Shown: piece by piece, positions 18,254-30,303 of the stretch
Position numbering within the stretch: position 1 is the first letter of the stretch
Layout: every line of letters starts with the position of its first letter
Source of the DNA: an uncultured Acidobacteriota bacterium
Lineage (GTDB): Bacteria; Acidobacteriota; Vicinamibacteria; Vicinamibacterales; CAVVIG01
NCBI GenBank assembly: GCA_963728825.1
Contig: CAVSLA010000004.1
Span: 714,176-778,175, forward strand
Direction: 5' to 3'
Length of the DNA: 64,000 nucleotides
Position numbers and translations under genes: made by a program
Notes under the pieces: model-generated
What the model was told of the DNA's origin: nothing
What the model saw: the letters and a program-made list of their open reading frames with translations, nothing else
Databases searched by the model: none

Positions 18254-20098
18254 GTGCGCGCGGCGATTACCTTCGCGCTCGCTCTTGCCTCCGCCGCGCA
18301 ATCGGCGCCGCCCGTCCCCCCGGTCCGGATGGACGTGGTCGTTGCCGATCGGGCCGGCCGTCCGGTCGAAACGCTGGGTCTCACGGACTTCGAAATCGTC
18401 GAAAACGGCGCGCCACGGCCGGTGGCCACCGTCCAATTCGTCAAGGCCGACGGCCGTATCGAGCCGGGTGAGGTGCTGCCGCCGATTGAGTCGGCCGACG
18501 ACGAGCAGTTCCAGGCGGCCCGCGAGGGCACCCGGCTGTTTGCGATCTTTTTCGACGAGTACCACGTCGCGCCCGGCGAGGGGGCGGCGCGCGCGCGCAC
18601 GCTGCTGACCGAGTTCGTCGACCGCACGGTCGGCCCGCGCGACCTGGTCCTGATCGCCAAGCCACTCGATTCGCTGTTGACGCTGCGCATGACGCGCGAC
18701 CGTGACGCGGTGCGGCGCGCGATCGCCGGGTTCGAAGGACGGAAGGGCACCTTCGAGCCGCGGTCGGCGCTCGAGACCAGCATTTTCGCCGGTGACCAGG
18801 CCCGCATCGAGGCCGCGCGCGTCCAGGTGGTCATCTCGGCGCTGAACGCGATCGCCACACACCTCGGTCGATTGAGCGTGTCGCGCAAAGCGATGATCGT
18901 GGTGACCGAAGGGTTTCGCCAGGGCGCGCGGCGTCGCGGAGAGGGTGCGCTGCCGACCATTGAGACGGTCGCCCGCTCCGCGAACCGCGGCACCGTCTCG
19001 ATCTACCCAATCGACCCGCGTGTCCTGGTTGCCGCGCCAGCCGGCGAGTCACCGGTTGGCGAGGCGTCTTCCGGAAGCGGCGCAGTGGCCGATGATCGTA
19101 CCGTGCTGACGGTCCTCGCCGCCGATACCGATGGCTTCGCCACGACCACGGCAGCGTCCCTCAAGACCGGCCTGGGGCGCATCGCGCGCGACATGAGCGG
19201 CTACTACCTGCTGACCTTCGCCGCCGCCGACGTCCAGGACGGCGGCCGGTTTCATGCGGTGGACGTGCGTGTGCGAGCGCCCGGCATCTCGGTGCGCACC
19301 CGCAAAGGCTACTGGTCGCCGACGCCGGACGACCTGTTTCGCGCGAGCGCCGCCGCACGCGCGCGCGTGCCGCCGGCGCCGCCGCTCCTGCCGCGCCGCG
19401 CCAGCCCGCTCATCAGGCCCTGGTTCGGTGTGACGCGTGGTCCGGACGGCGATTCGCAGATCAACTTCGTCTGGGAGCCGACGGGCCGCGTCCCGGGCGA
19501 CCGGAGCCGCGGCACGGTTCCGGCCAAGATCGTTCTGAAGGCGCTCGCCGCCGACGGACGGACCATTTTCGAAGGGGCCGTCCGCCCGGTGGGCGTACCG
19601 CTCGGACCGCCCGATGCGCCGACGCAGCTCGTGTTTGCTGCGCCAACCGGACGGCTGCGCATCGAGATGGCGATCGAGGACGCGACGACGCGTGTGGTCG
19701 ATACTGACGTGCGCGACGTTGTCGTCCGGCCGCTCGCTGGGCCAGTCGCGCTCGCGACCCCGCAGGTGCTGCGATCGCGCACCGCTCGCGAGCATCGGAC
19801 GCTCGAAGCCAGTCCGCAGGCGGTGCCGGTGGCATCGCGTCAGTTCAGCCGGCTGGAGCGGTTGTTGATTCGTGTCGCGGCCTACGCTTCCCAAGGCGAG
19901 CCGCTGGTTTCGGCCAGGCTGCTGAGCACCATCGGTGGCGAGATGAGAGACCTCGCGGTGCAGCGCGCCTCGGACGGCGTCCATCAGGTCGACCTGCCGC
20001 TGGCCGGTCTGGTCGCCGGCGAATACTCCGTCGAGTTCATCGCGGCGGACGGCAGCCGCACCGCCCGAGAGAGCGTCACCTTCCGCGTCACACCGTAG
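18254..20098 (+). CDS. VWFA-related acidobacterial-type protein, paralogue 2
   Basis: Same architecture: VRMDVVVADRAGRPVETLGLTDFEIVENGAPRPVATVQF...RLFAIFFDEYHV...RKAMIVVTEGF...YPIDPRVL...GRFHAVDVRVRAPGISVRTRKGYWS. It starts 3 nt after paralogue 1. Confidence 0.8.
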   Translation: MRAAITFALALASAAQSAPPVPPVRMDVVVADRAGRPVETLGLTDFEIVENGAPRPVATVQFVKADGRIEPGEVLPPIESADDEQFQAAREGTRLFAIFFDEYHVAPGEGAARARTLLTEFVDRTVGPRDLVLIAKPLDSLLTLRMTRDRDAVRRAIAGFEGRKGTFEPRSALETSIFAGDQARIEAARVQVVISALNAIATHLGRLSVSRKAMIVVTEGFRQGARRRGEGALPTIETVARSANRGTVSIYPIDPRVLVAAPAGESPVGEASSGSGAVADDRTVLTVLAADTDGFATTTAASLKTGLGRIARDMSGYYLLTFAAADVQDGGRFHAVDVRVRAPGISVRTRKGYWSPTPDDLFRASAAARARVPPAPPLLPRRASPLIRPWFGVTRGPDGDSQINFVWEPTGRVPGDRSRGTVPAKIVLKALAADGRTIFEGAVRPVGVPLGPPDAPTQLVFAAPTGRLRIEMAIEDATTRVVDTDVRDVVVRPLAGPVALATPQVLRSRTAREHRTLEASPQAVPVASRQFSRLERLLIRVAAYASQGEPLVSARLLSTIGGEMRDLAVQRASDGVHQVDLPLAGLVAGEYSVEFIAADGSRTARESVTFRVTP

Positions 20099-20360
20099 AC
20101 CGTCTCATCCGAGGCGATCTTGTCCCTGCGCGCGCGTCTGTTTCCCGAGGTCGCGAAGGGCGCCTCCAGGCCAGGTCAGACAATTTCGTAGAATGAGACC
20201 ACTCAGTACCGACAAACATGTAGGTTAGCGGTTCCGCGGCGGCCGTCGCGCCGCAGCGGATCGCGAAATACCTAATGGATTGCCGGCACCGTCCGCTGCT
20301 GCGACCTGGACCCTCATTTGCTTCACCAGTCGGCCAGGAACGCGTCTCCCCGGGACCCTT

Positions 20361-21933
<1,573 letters not shown>

Positions 21934-21941
21934 AGACCTGT

Positions 21942-22125
21942 CAGGGCAAAGGGCAAAGGGCACGCAGGGCACGGTTCAGCGGCACACGGGCAGAGGGCTA
22001 CGTAGGTTCGGCCCTGCGACACGAATGTCCCGCGGCAGTCTAGGGACGACAACTTTGTCGGTTCAGCCTGAAAGCCCTCTGTTCTTAGCCTCTGCCCTCG
22101 GCTCTGCATGCCCTCAGGCCCTGCC
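21942..22125. repeat. AGGGCAA/AGGGCAC heptamer array and an inverted GCCCT-type array flanking a ~65-bp unique core
   Basis: Left: cagggca-aagggca-aagggca-cgcagggca...gagggct. Right: aagccctct...agcctctgccctcggctctgcatgccctcaggccctgcc. Located between convergent genes. Confidence 0.85.
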
Positions 22126-22133
22126 TAGGGGCT

Positions 22134-23392
22134 TTACGCGTACATCCCGCGGATACGCGTCACCGTGGCCACGCGGTTGATCGCCACGAGGTAGGCGGCG
22201 GTCCGCATGTCGACCTTGTAACGGAGCGCGGTCTGCAGCACCGCGTTGTAGGCCTCGCACATCTTGGCTTCCAGCCGCTCGTTGACTTCCTTCTCCGTCC
22301 AGAAGTAGCCGTGGCGGTCCTGGACCCACTCGAAGTAGGACGTCGTCACGCCGCCGGCGTTCGCCAGGATGTCGGGCACGACGAAGACGCCGCGCTCGTG
22401 CAGGTGGCGATGCGCGTCGGGCGTGGTCGGGCCGTTGGCGCCTTCGACGAGCATCGCGGGCGCGGATGCCGGGCGCGTTGTCCATCGTGATCTGGTTCTC
22501 GAGCGCCGCGGGGATCAGCACGTCGACTTCGAGCTTGAACAGCGTCCTCGTTGCTGATCGGCTCGCCGCCGGCGAAGCCGGCGACGGTCTTGTGCTGCCG
22601 ACGGACGTGCTCGCTCGAGCTTCGCGATATCGAGGCCCTTCGCGTTGTAGACGCCGCCTTTCCAGTCGGTGACCGCGACGACCTTGGCGCCGGCTTCGCG
22701 CGAGCAGCTGCGGCGCTGATCGAGCCGACGTTGCCGAAGCCCTGCACGGCGACGGTCGCGCCCTTGATGTCGAATCCGAGATGTTTCGCTGATTCGCGGG
22801 CGACGATCATCACGCCGCGGCCGGTCGCCTCGCGGCGGCCGAGCGATCCGCCGAGCTCGAGCGGCTTGCCGGTCACGACGCCGGTTTCGGTGTGGCCGAC
22901 GTGCATGCTGTAGGTGTCCATCACCCACGCCATGATCTGTTCGTTGGTGTTGACGTCGGGGGCGGGGACGTCCTTCTCGGGCCCGATGGCGTCGATGATC
23001 TCGGCGACATAGCGCCGGGTCAGCGCCTCGAGCTCGCGGCGCGACATGCGGGTCGGGTCGCAGATGATGCCGCCCTTGCCGCCGCCGAATGGAATGTGCG
23101 CGACCGCGCACTTCCACGTCATCCACGCCGCCAGCGCCGTGACCTCGTCGAGCGTGACGCCCGGGTGGTAGCGGATGCCGCCCTTCGCCGGCCCGAGCGT
23201 GATGTTGTACTGGACGCGGTAGCCGGTGAACACTTCGATCTCGCCGTTGTCCATCTGCACCGGACACGAGACGGTGATCTGGCGCTTGGGATGCGTGAGG
23301 ATCTTCCAGATTCCCGCCTCGAGGTTGAGCAGGCGCGCCGCTCCGTCGAACTCCTGGAGCATCGCGCTGAAGACCGATCCGTGTGTGGCCAT
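22134..23392 (-). CDS. gdhA: Glutamate dehydrogenase, reading frame broken about four times
   Basis: [11 protein letters not shown] and PFGGGKGG in ORF 22346..23392. The C-terminal half is recovered from three other frames ([22 protein letters not shown]; [19 protein letters not shown]; [45 protein letters not shown]). Changes lie near 22715, 22620, 22535 and 22455. Confidence 0.85.
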
Positions 23393-23500
23393 GTCGCTCC
23401 CCGGGGCCGCGGGCCCCGACCGGGGAGCCTAGCACATCCGCCGCGGGCGGTCGCGCATGCGACCGTCGGCAGCCGCGCTCTCTCGTGGCATGATTCGGTC

Positions 23501-23713
23501 ATGAGCTTTTGCGAGCACTGCCAGGGTCAACGGTACGATCGGGCACAGGTGCTGCGGGACGCTGCGCGCGCTGCGCCGCACGTTCGCGGAGAGCGGCGCC
23601 GGCCGGCGGCCTGCGAGGCGCTGGACGCGGCGATCCGGGCGGTGCGCCGCCTCGAGCTGCCGCACCTCGAGCGGCTCGACGACGAGGTCGCCGACGGCGA
23701 GATCGTCCACTGA
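23501..23713 (+). CDS. Possible small hypothetical protein (70 aa)
   Basis: [18 protein letters not shown]... from an ATG within a longer spurious ORF. It has only a CxxC pair and arginine-rich sequence, and I recognise no homology. Confidence 0.3.
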   Translation: MSFCEHCQGQRYDRAQVLRDAARAAPHVRGERRRPAACEALDAAIRAVRRLELPHLERLDDEVADGEIVH

Positions 23714-23745
23714 GTCCCGCACACGCGGCGCCATATAATGAAGCG

Positions 23746-25358
23746 GTGAAAACGGCCGAGAAGCCACCCACCGAGCGGGCAGGCGTCGTTCACGACCATT
23801 TCCGGCCGGACCGATCAAGCCGCTCTACACGATCGCCGATGACCTCGCCGGGATCGACACCGGCGAGCCCGGCGCGCTTTCCCTATACCCGCGGCATCCA
23901 CGCGACCGGCTACCGCGGCAAGCTGTGGACGATGCGGCAGTTTGCCGGGTTCGGGACGCCGGAGGACACCAATCGCCGCTGCAAGCAGCTCCTCGCCGCC
24001 GGCGGCACCGGCCTGAGCATCGCCTTCGATCTGCCGACGCTGATGGGCCGCGATCCCGATCACCCGCTCTCGCTCGGCGAGGTCGGCAAGTGCGGCGTCA
24101 ACGTCACGTCGCTCGCCGACATGGAGACGCTCTTCGAGGGCATCCCGCTCGGCGAGATCACGACGTCGATGACGATCAATTCGCCGGCGGCGATGATCTT
24201 CGCGATGTATCTGGTCGTCGCGGAAGGCAGGGCGCCAGCTGGCAGACGCTGTCGGGGACGATTCAGAACGACATCCTCAAGGAATTCATCGCGCAGAAGG
24301 AGTACATCTTCCCGCCGCGGCCGTCGATGCGGCTGGTCACCGACGTCTTCGGCTTCTGCGCTCGCGAAGTGCCGCGCTGGAACACCATCTCGGTGAGCGG
24401 CTACCACATCCGCGAAGCGGGCGCGACCGCGCTGCAGGAGCTCGCGTTCACATTGCGCGACGGCTTCGAGTACGTGCAGTGGGGCATCGACGCCGGGCTC
24501 GACGTCGACGATTTCGTGCCGCGGATGTCGTTTTTCTTCAATGCCCACAGCGATTTCTTCGAGGAGATCGCCAAGTACCGGGCCGCCCGCAGCCTGTGGG
24601 CGCGGGCGATGCGCGATCGCTTCGGCTCCCGCAACGAGCGTTCGTGGAAGCTGCGCTTCCACACCCAGACCGCCGGCGTCTCGCTGACGGCGCAGCAGCC
24701 GTATAACAACGTCGTCCGCACCGCGCTGCAGGCGCTGTCGGCGGTTCTCGGCGGGACCAACTCCCTCCACACCAACTCGCTCGACGAGGCGCTGGCGCTG
24801 CCGACCGCCGCAGCCGCCACCCTCGCGCTGCGCACGCAGCAGGTGCTGGCGCACGAAACCGGCGTCACCGGCGTCGATCGATCCGTTGGGCGGCTCCTAT
24901 TTCGTCGAACGGCTCACCAGGGACATGGAAGACGAGGCGCTAGACCCTCTTCGATCAGATCGATCGCATGGGCGGCATGGTCGCGGCGATCGAACAGGGC
25001 TTCCCGCAGCAGGAGATCGCCGAGAGCGCCTACCGCTTCCAGCAGGCGGTCGAGCGCCAGTGAAAAGGTCATCGTCGGCGTCAACGACTTCGTCCAGGAG
25101 GACGATCCGCCGATCGAGATCCTCTACATCGACCAGTCGGCGGCCGACACCCAGGGCGAAAAAGTCGAGGCGTTGAAGAAGACGCGCGACGACGATCGCG
25201 TGCGCCGTTCGCTCGACCAGCTCCGACATGCCGCGCAAGGGCCCGACAACCTCATGATCCCGATTCTCGAGGCGGTGCGCGCCTACGCCACGCTTGGCGA
25301 GATGTGCGACGCGCTGCGCGAGGTGTGGGGGGAATATGAGGAAGTTCCGGTCATCTGA
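23746..25358 (+). CDS. Methylmalonyl-CoA mutase family, catalytic (large) subunit, frame broken about six times
   Basis: [84 protein letters not shown], ...[13 protein letters not shown]. Changes lie near 23812, 23873, 24228, 24876, 24945 and 25062. The start (GTG 23746) is uncertain. Confidence 0.85.
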
Positions 25359-25398
25359 AATTGCAGATGGCAAATTGCAGATGGCAGATTGCGATAGA
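25359..25398. repeat. 14-bp (2 x 7) tandem array AATTGCAGATGGCA
   Basis: aattgcagatggca-aattgcagatggca-gattgcgataga, between the large and B12-binding mutase subunit genes. Confidence 0.9.
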
Positions 25399-25406
25399 GG
25401 ATCGAT

Positions 25407-25805
<399 letters not shown>

Positions 25806-25868
25806 GCTGCTCGACATTCGAGTACCTGGAATCTGAAGTCCTGATGCTCAGGATCCGATAAGAGGACC

Positions 25869-26819
25869 GTGCCGCATACCCTGCTCCTGGCCGACGACAG
25901 CGTCACGATTCAGCGGGTCATCGAGCTGACCTTTGCCGACGAAGACGTTCAGGTCGTCGCGGTGAGCGATGGCGATCTGGCGATTGCGGCGATCGAGCAG
26001 CGGCCGCCTGACATCGTGCTGGCCGACGTCGGGATGCCCGGCCGCGATGGCTACGAGGTGGCGCAGCATATCAAGAAGACCCCGCGTCTGGCGCACATTC
26101 CGGTCCTGCTGCTGACCGGCGCGTTCGAGCCGATCGATCAGGTGCGCGCCTCGGCCATCGGCTGCGACGGCGTGCTGGCGAAACCCTTCGAACCGCAATT
26201 GGTCATCGGGCGGGTCAAGGAGCTGCTCACCCGGACTTCGCCGGCCGACGCCGCGCCTGCTGTGTTCGAACGTCGAGTCGCCGAGCCAAAGGATTCCGTG
26301 GAGCTGCCCAAGCAGCCGCACCGCATGGTCGACGACCAGTACTTCGAAGAGCTCGACCAGGCGTTCGCCACGTTGAGCGCCGCACCGCAGTCCGCGCGCA
26401 TCGACCGCACTACTGAATTGCCGTCCGAGGATGGGATCGGATGGTTTTCGCAGACCGCGCCGGTCGAGCCGCCTCCGGTGGCCTCGCCGATCGCCGCGAC
26501 GGAACCACCGCCTGCACCGGCAGCGACCGCGCCGGCAGTCGCGGCTCCGGCCGCGCCGCCAGTCGCGTTCCCGCCGCTGGCCGACGCATTCGCCGCGCTG
26601 CTCGCGGCCGAGCAGACCGCTCCGTCGCCGGCTGCCGCGCCATTGTGGCCGGCCGCTCCCGCGCCGCCGACCGGCGACGTCGTCAACGAAGTGACCCGCC
26701 GCGTGCTCGACCAGATGACCGACCGGACCGTACGGGAAACCGTCTCCGAGATCGTCTCGCGGGTTGCCGAGCGACTGGTTCGCGAAGAGATCGAGCGAAT
26801 CAAGAAGAGCATCGTCTAG
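25869..26819 (+). CDS. Response regulator (receiver domain) with a Pro/Ala-rich linker and a short conserved C-terminal helical segment
   Basis: LLLADDSVTIQRVIELTF...DIVLADVGMPGRDGYEV...VLLLTGAFEP...GVLAKPFEP, followed by a PA-rich region and a C-terminal DVVNEVTRRVLDQMTDRTVRETVSEIVSRVAERLVREEIERIKKS. Confidence 0.8.
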   Translation: MPHTLLLADDSVTIQRVIELTFADEDVQVVAVSDGDLAIAAIEQRPPDIVLADVGMPGRDGYEVAQHIKKTPRLAHIPVLLLTGAFEPIDQVRASAIGCDGVLAKPFEPQLVIGRVKELLTRTSPADAAPAVFERRVAEPKDSVELPKQPHRMVDDQYFEELDQAFATLSAAPQSARIDRTTELPSEDGIGWFSQTAPVEPPPVASPIAATEPPPAPAATAPAVAAPAAPPVAFPPLADAFAALLAAEQTAPSPAAAPLWPAAPAPPTGDVVNEVTRRVLDQMTDRTVRETVSEIVSRVAERLVREEIERIKKSIV

Positions 26820-26860
26820 TCTGCTTGGACCCCTCCGCCGGGGTGTAATACGATTTCCGG

Positions 26861-29467
26861 ATGCCCCGTCCGTCGACTCCGCTGACCGGCCTCGATCCCG
26901 CTCGCCTGCAGCTTCCAGATAAACCGGCGCTCGAAGGGCTCGAGCCGAAGTGGCTGGCGCGGTGGGAAGGGGATGGTGTCTACCGGTTCGATCGTTCCCG
27001 GCCGCGGGCCGATGTCTACTCGATCGATACGCCGCCGCCAACGGTGAGCGGCTCGCTGCACGTGGGGCACGTCTTCTCGTACACCCACACCGACGTGATC
27101 GCCAGGTTTCAGCGGATGCGCGGCAAGGCGGTCTTCTATCCGATGGGATGGGACGACAATGGCCTGCCGACCGAGCGCCGGGTCCAGAACTATTTCGGCG
27201 TGCGCTGCGATCCCTCGCTGCCTTACGATCCGGCGTTCGTGCCGCCGGACACGCCGCCGAAGCCGCCGCTTTCGGTATCGCGTCCGAACTTCATCGAGCT
27301 TTGCGATCGGCTGACCGGCGAGGACGAAAAGGCGTTCGAGCGACTCTGGCAGTACCTCGGGCTGTCGGTCGACTGGTCGATGACCTACGCGACGATCGGC
27401 AAGCGGGCGCAGCGCGTCTCGCAGGTCGCATTCCTGCGCCTGCTCGATCGCGGGCTGGTCTATCAGATCGAAGCGCCGACGCTGTGGGACATCGACTTCA
27501 AGACCGCCGTCGCCCAGGCCGAGCTCGAGGACCGCGAACTGCCGGGCGCCTACCACCGCGTGAAGTTCAGGTTGGCCCCGGGCCTGCCCCCGGTCGAAAT
27601 CGAGACGACGCGTCCAGAATTGATTCCGGCCTGCGTCGCCCTGGTCGCCCATCCGGACGACGAACGTTATCGAGCGCTGTTCGACAAAGAAGTGACCACG
27701 CCGCTGTTCGGCGTCAAGGTACCGGTGCGGGCGCACCCGCTGGCCGATCCCGCCAAAGGAACCGGCATCGCGATGATCTGTACGTTCGGCGACACTACCG
27801 ACGTCACCTGGTGGCGGGAGTTGAGCCTGCCGGTCCGCGCGGTGATTCAGCCCGACGGGACGCTGCGTCGCGTCACGTGGGGTGTGGCCGGGTGGGAATC
27901 GACCGATGCGGCGCGCGCCCAGACGCACTACGATCAGCTGGCCGGCCTCTCCGCCGCCAAGGCGAGGGCAGCCATCGTCGGACAGCTTCAGGCATCCGAC
28001 GATCTGGTCGGAGAACCCAGACCGATCACCCACTCGGTCAAGTTCTACGAGAAGGGCGATCGTCCGCTCGAAATCATCACCAGTCGTCAGTGGTTCATCA
28101 AGACGATCGAGTTCCGGGACGGGCTGCTGGCGCGCGGCCGCGATCTGAGCTGGCACCCCCCGTACATGCTCGCGCGCTATGAGAACTGGACCAACGGGCT
28201 GAACGGCGATTGGTGCGTGAGCCGTCAGCGGTTTTTCGGCGTGCCGTTTCCGGTGTGGTACGGCGTGAGCGCGGAAGGTCGGGTGGATTACGGCCGGCCG
28301 ATGGTGCCGCGCGAAGAAAACCTGCCGATCGACCCGTCGACGGACATCCCGGACGGCTACCGCGCCGAGCAGCGCGGTCAGCCGGGCGGATTCGTGGGCG
28401 ATCCGGACATCATGGACACCTGGGCGACGTCTTCGCTGACGCCACAGATCGTCTGTGGCTGGCCCGACGAGCCGGCCTTGTTCGAGCAGACCTTTCCGAT
28501 GGATCTCCGGCCGCAGGCCCACGACATCATCAGGACCTGGCTGTTCGACACAGTGCTGCGCGCTCACTTCGAGCACGACTCCCTGCCCTGGACCAACACG
28601 GCGATCTCCGGCTGGGTGCTCGATCCGGATCGCAAAAAGATGTCGAAGTCGAAGGGCAACGTCGTCACGCCGATGGCGCTGCTCGAGGAGCACGGCTCCG
28701 ACGGGGTGCGGTACTGGGCGGCGAGCGGTCGGCCCGGCACGGATACCGCGTTCGATCCGAGCCAGATGCGCGTCGGCCGGCGCCTGGCCATCAAGCTTCT
28801 GAACGCGTCGCGTTTCGCGCTGGCCTCCGCCGAACCGCAGGGCCCGATTACCGCCGCGGTGGATCGCGCGATGCTCCGTCGCCTTGGCGACCTCGTCGAG
28901 GAGGCGACGCGCGACCTCGAGGGCTACGACTACGCGCGTGTGCTGCAGCGCACCGAAGAATTCTTCTGGCGGTTCTGCGACGACTATCTCGAGCTCGTCA
29001 AGGGCCGGCGCTACGGAGAACAGGGTCCCGACGCGGCCGCGTCGGCCAACTCGGCGCTGGCCGCGGCGCTGTCGGTCCTGCTGCGCCTGTTCGCACCGTT
29101 TCTGCCGTTCGTGACCGAGGAAGTGTGGTCCTGGTGGAAAGAGGGATCGATTCACACCTCGCCCTGGCCGACCCGCCAGGAGCTCGACGCGCTGGTCGCG
29201 GCAGATTCACCGCAGACCCGCGAGCGCGATCAGCAGATTTACGATCAGGCCACGGAGGTGCTGTTCGAAGTCCGCAAGCGGCGATCGGAAGACAAGAAGC
29301 CGATCAAGGTGCCGATCACCGGCGTGGTGCTGCCCGACGCGTTCCGGGCGTTGATTGCGATTCCGCAGGTCGAGGCCGACCTGAAGTCGGCGTTGCGGGT
29401 GAAGGCGTTCAGCATTGCCCCTGCCGACGTCCACGAGATCGTTGTCGAGGGATACGACGCGGCGTGA
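26861..29467 (+). CDS. valS: Valine--tRNA ligase
   Basis: 868 aa, intact. SGSLHVGHVFSYTHTDVIARF (HIGH), KMSKSKGN (KMSKS), and an editing-domain-sized insert. Confidence 0.95.
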   Translation: MPRPSTPLTGLDPARLQLPDKPALEGLEPKWLARWEGDGVYRFDRSRPRADVYSIDTPPPTVSGSLHVGHVFSYTHTDVIARFQRMRGKAVFYPMGWDDNGLPTERRVQNYFGVRCDPSLPYDPAFVPPDTPPKPPLSVSRPNFIELCDRLTGEDEKAFERLWQYLGLSVDWSMTYATIGKRAQRVSQVAFLRLLDRGLVYQIEAPTLWDIDFKTAVAQAELEDRELPGAYHRVKFRLAPGLPPVEIETTRPELIPACVALVAHPDDERYRALFDKEVTTPLFGVKVPVRAHPLADPAKGTGIAMICTFGDTTDVTWWRELSLPVRAVIQPDGTLRRVTWGVAGWESTDAARAQTHYDQLAGLSAAKARAAIVGQLQASDDLVGEPRPITHSVKFYEKGDRPLEIITSRQWFIKTIEFRDGLLARGRDLSWHPPYMLARYENWTNGLNGDWCVSRQRFFGVPFPVWYGVSAEGRVDYGRPMVPREENLPIDPSTDIPDGYRAEQRGQPGGFVGDPDIMDTWATSSLTPQIVCGWPDEPALFEQTFPMDLRPQAHDIIRTWLFDTVLRAHFEHDSLPWTNTAISGWVLDPDRKKMSKSKGNVVTPMALLEEHGSDGVRYWAASGRPGTDTAFDPSQMRVGRRLAIKLLNASRFALASAEPQGPITAAVDRAMLRRLGDLVEEATRDLEGYDYARVLQRTEEFFWRFCDDYLELVKGRRYGEQGPDAAASANSALAAALSVLLRLFAPFLPFVTEEVWSWWKEGSIHTSPWPTRQELDALVAADSPQTRERDQQIYDQATEVLFEVRKRRSEDKKPIKVPITGVVLPDAFRALIAIPQVEADLKSALRVKAFSIAPADVHEIVVEGYDAA

Positions 29468-30303
29468 AACGCCTGGACCGGGCGATCTACACCGACCTGG
29501 TGCGTCGCGCCCTTGCGGAAGACGTCGGCACCGGTGACGTGACCACGGAAGCCACCGTCGATGCGGAACAGCGTGCCCGCGGCGTGTTCGTGGCGAAGGC
29601 GCCCTGTGTGCTGGCCGGACTCGACGTCGCGGCTGAGACCTTCCGCCAGGTCGACGGGTCAGTAGGCGTATCGTGGCGCCGACTCGATGGCGAGCGGTGC
29701 GCGCCAGGCGACGAGATCGGGCAAGTGACGGGACCGGCCAGGGCTCTCCTGGTCGCCGAGCGGACGGCTCTCAATTTCCTGCAGCGTCTGTCCGGCATCG
29801 CCACCAGGACACGGCAGTTCGTCGACGCGGCCGGCGGCAGCATCACCGTTCTCGACACCCGCAAGACCACGCCGACTCTCCGCGCGCTCGAGAAGTACGC
29901 CGTCGCAGCCGGCGGCGGCACCAATCATCGCGTGGGACTCTACGACGCGATTCTCATCAAGGACAACCACGTGCGCCTGGCCGGCGGGATCAAGGAAGCC
30001 GTGCGTCGTGCGCGCCAGCATCGTCCTGACCTGCGGATCGAGGTCGAAGCGCAGACGCTCGCCGAGGTCGACGACGCCCTCGCCGCGGGCGCGGAGATCA
30101 TCCTTGTCGACAACCTGAGTGCCGCGGAGGTGCGGGAGGCGGTCGGCCGCGTCAAGGGGCGGGCGAAGGTCGAGGTGTCCGGTGGCGTGACGCTCGACCG
30201 ACTGCCGGAGCTTGCCGCCACCGGAGCCGACTACGTCTCGATCGGCGGGTTGACCCACTCGGCCCCCGCCGTGGACATCAGCTTTGAGATCGAACCGATC
30301 TGA
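29464..30303 (+). CDS. nadC: Nicotinate-nucleotide pyrophosphorylase (carboxylating)
   Basis: GTG overlaps the valS stop. LAEDVGTGDVTTEATV...ERTALNFLQRLSGIAT...DTRKTTPTLRALEKYAVAAGGGTNHRVGLYDAILIKDNH. Confidence 0.9.
   Translation: MKRLDRAIYTDLVRRALAEDVGTGDVTTEATVDAEQRARGVFVAKAPCVLAGLDVAAETFRQVDGSVGVSWRRLDGERCAPGDEIGQVTGPARALLVAERTALNFLQRLSGIATRTRQFVDAAGGSITVLDTRKTTPTLRALEKYAVAAGGGTNHRVGLYDAILIKDNHVRLAGGIKEAVRRARQHRPDLRIEVEAQTLAEVDDALAAGAEIILVDNLSAAEVREAVGRVKGRAKVEVSGGVTLDRLPELAATGADYVSIGGLTHSAPAVDISFEIEPI

Noticed and set aside
20099-20360. The 262-bp gap upstream of the GAF-sigma54 activator as a possible sRNA or regulatory element, including a TAGAAT box near 20189 and a GGCAC...TGC motif near 20284.
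   Set aside because: I found no convincing -35/-10 pair with correct spacing. The -24/-12-like motif has the wrong spacing (13 instead of 11). There is no repeat or stable hairpin. Nothing here can be supported by eye.
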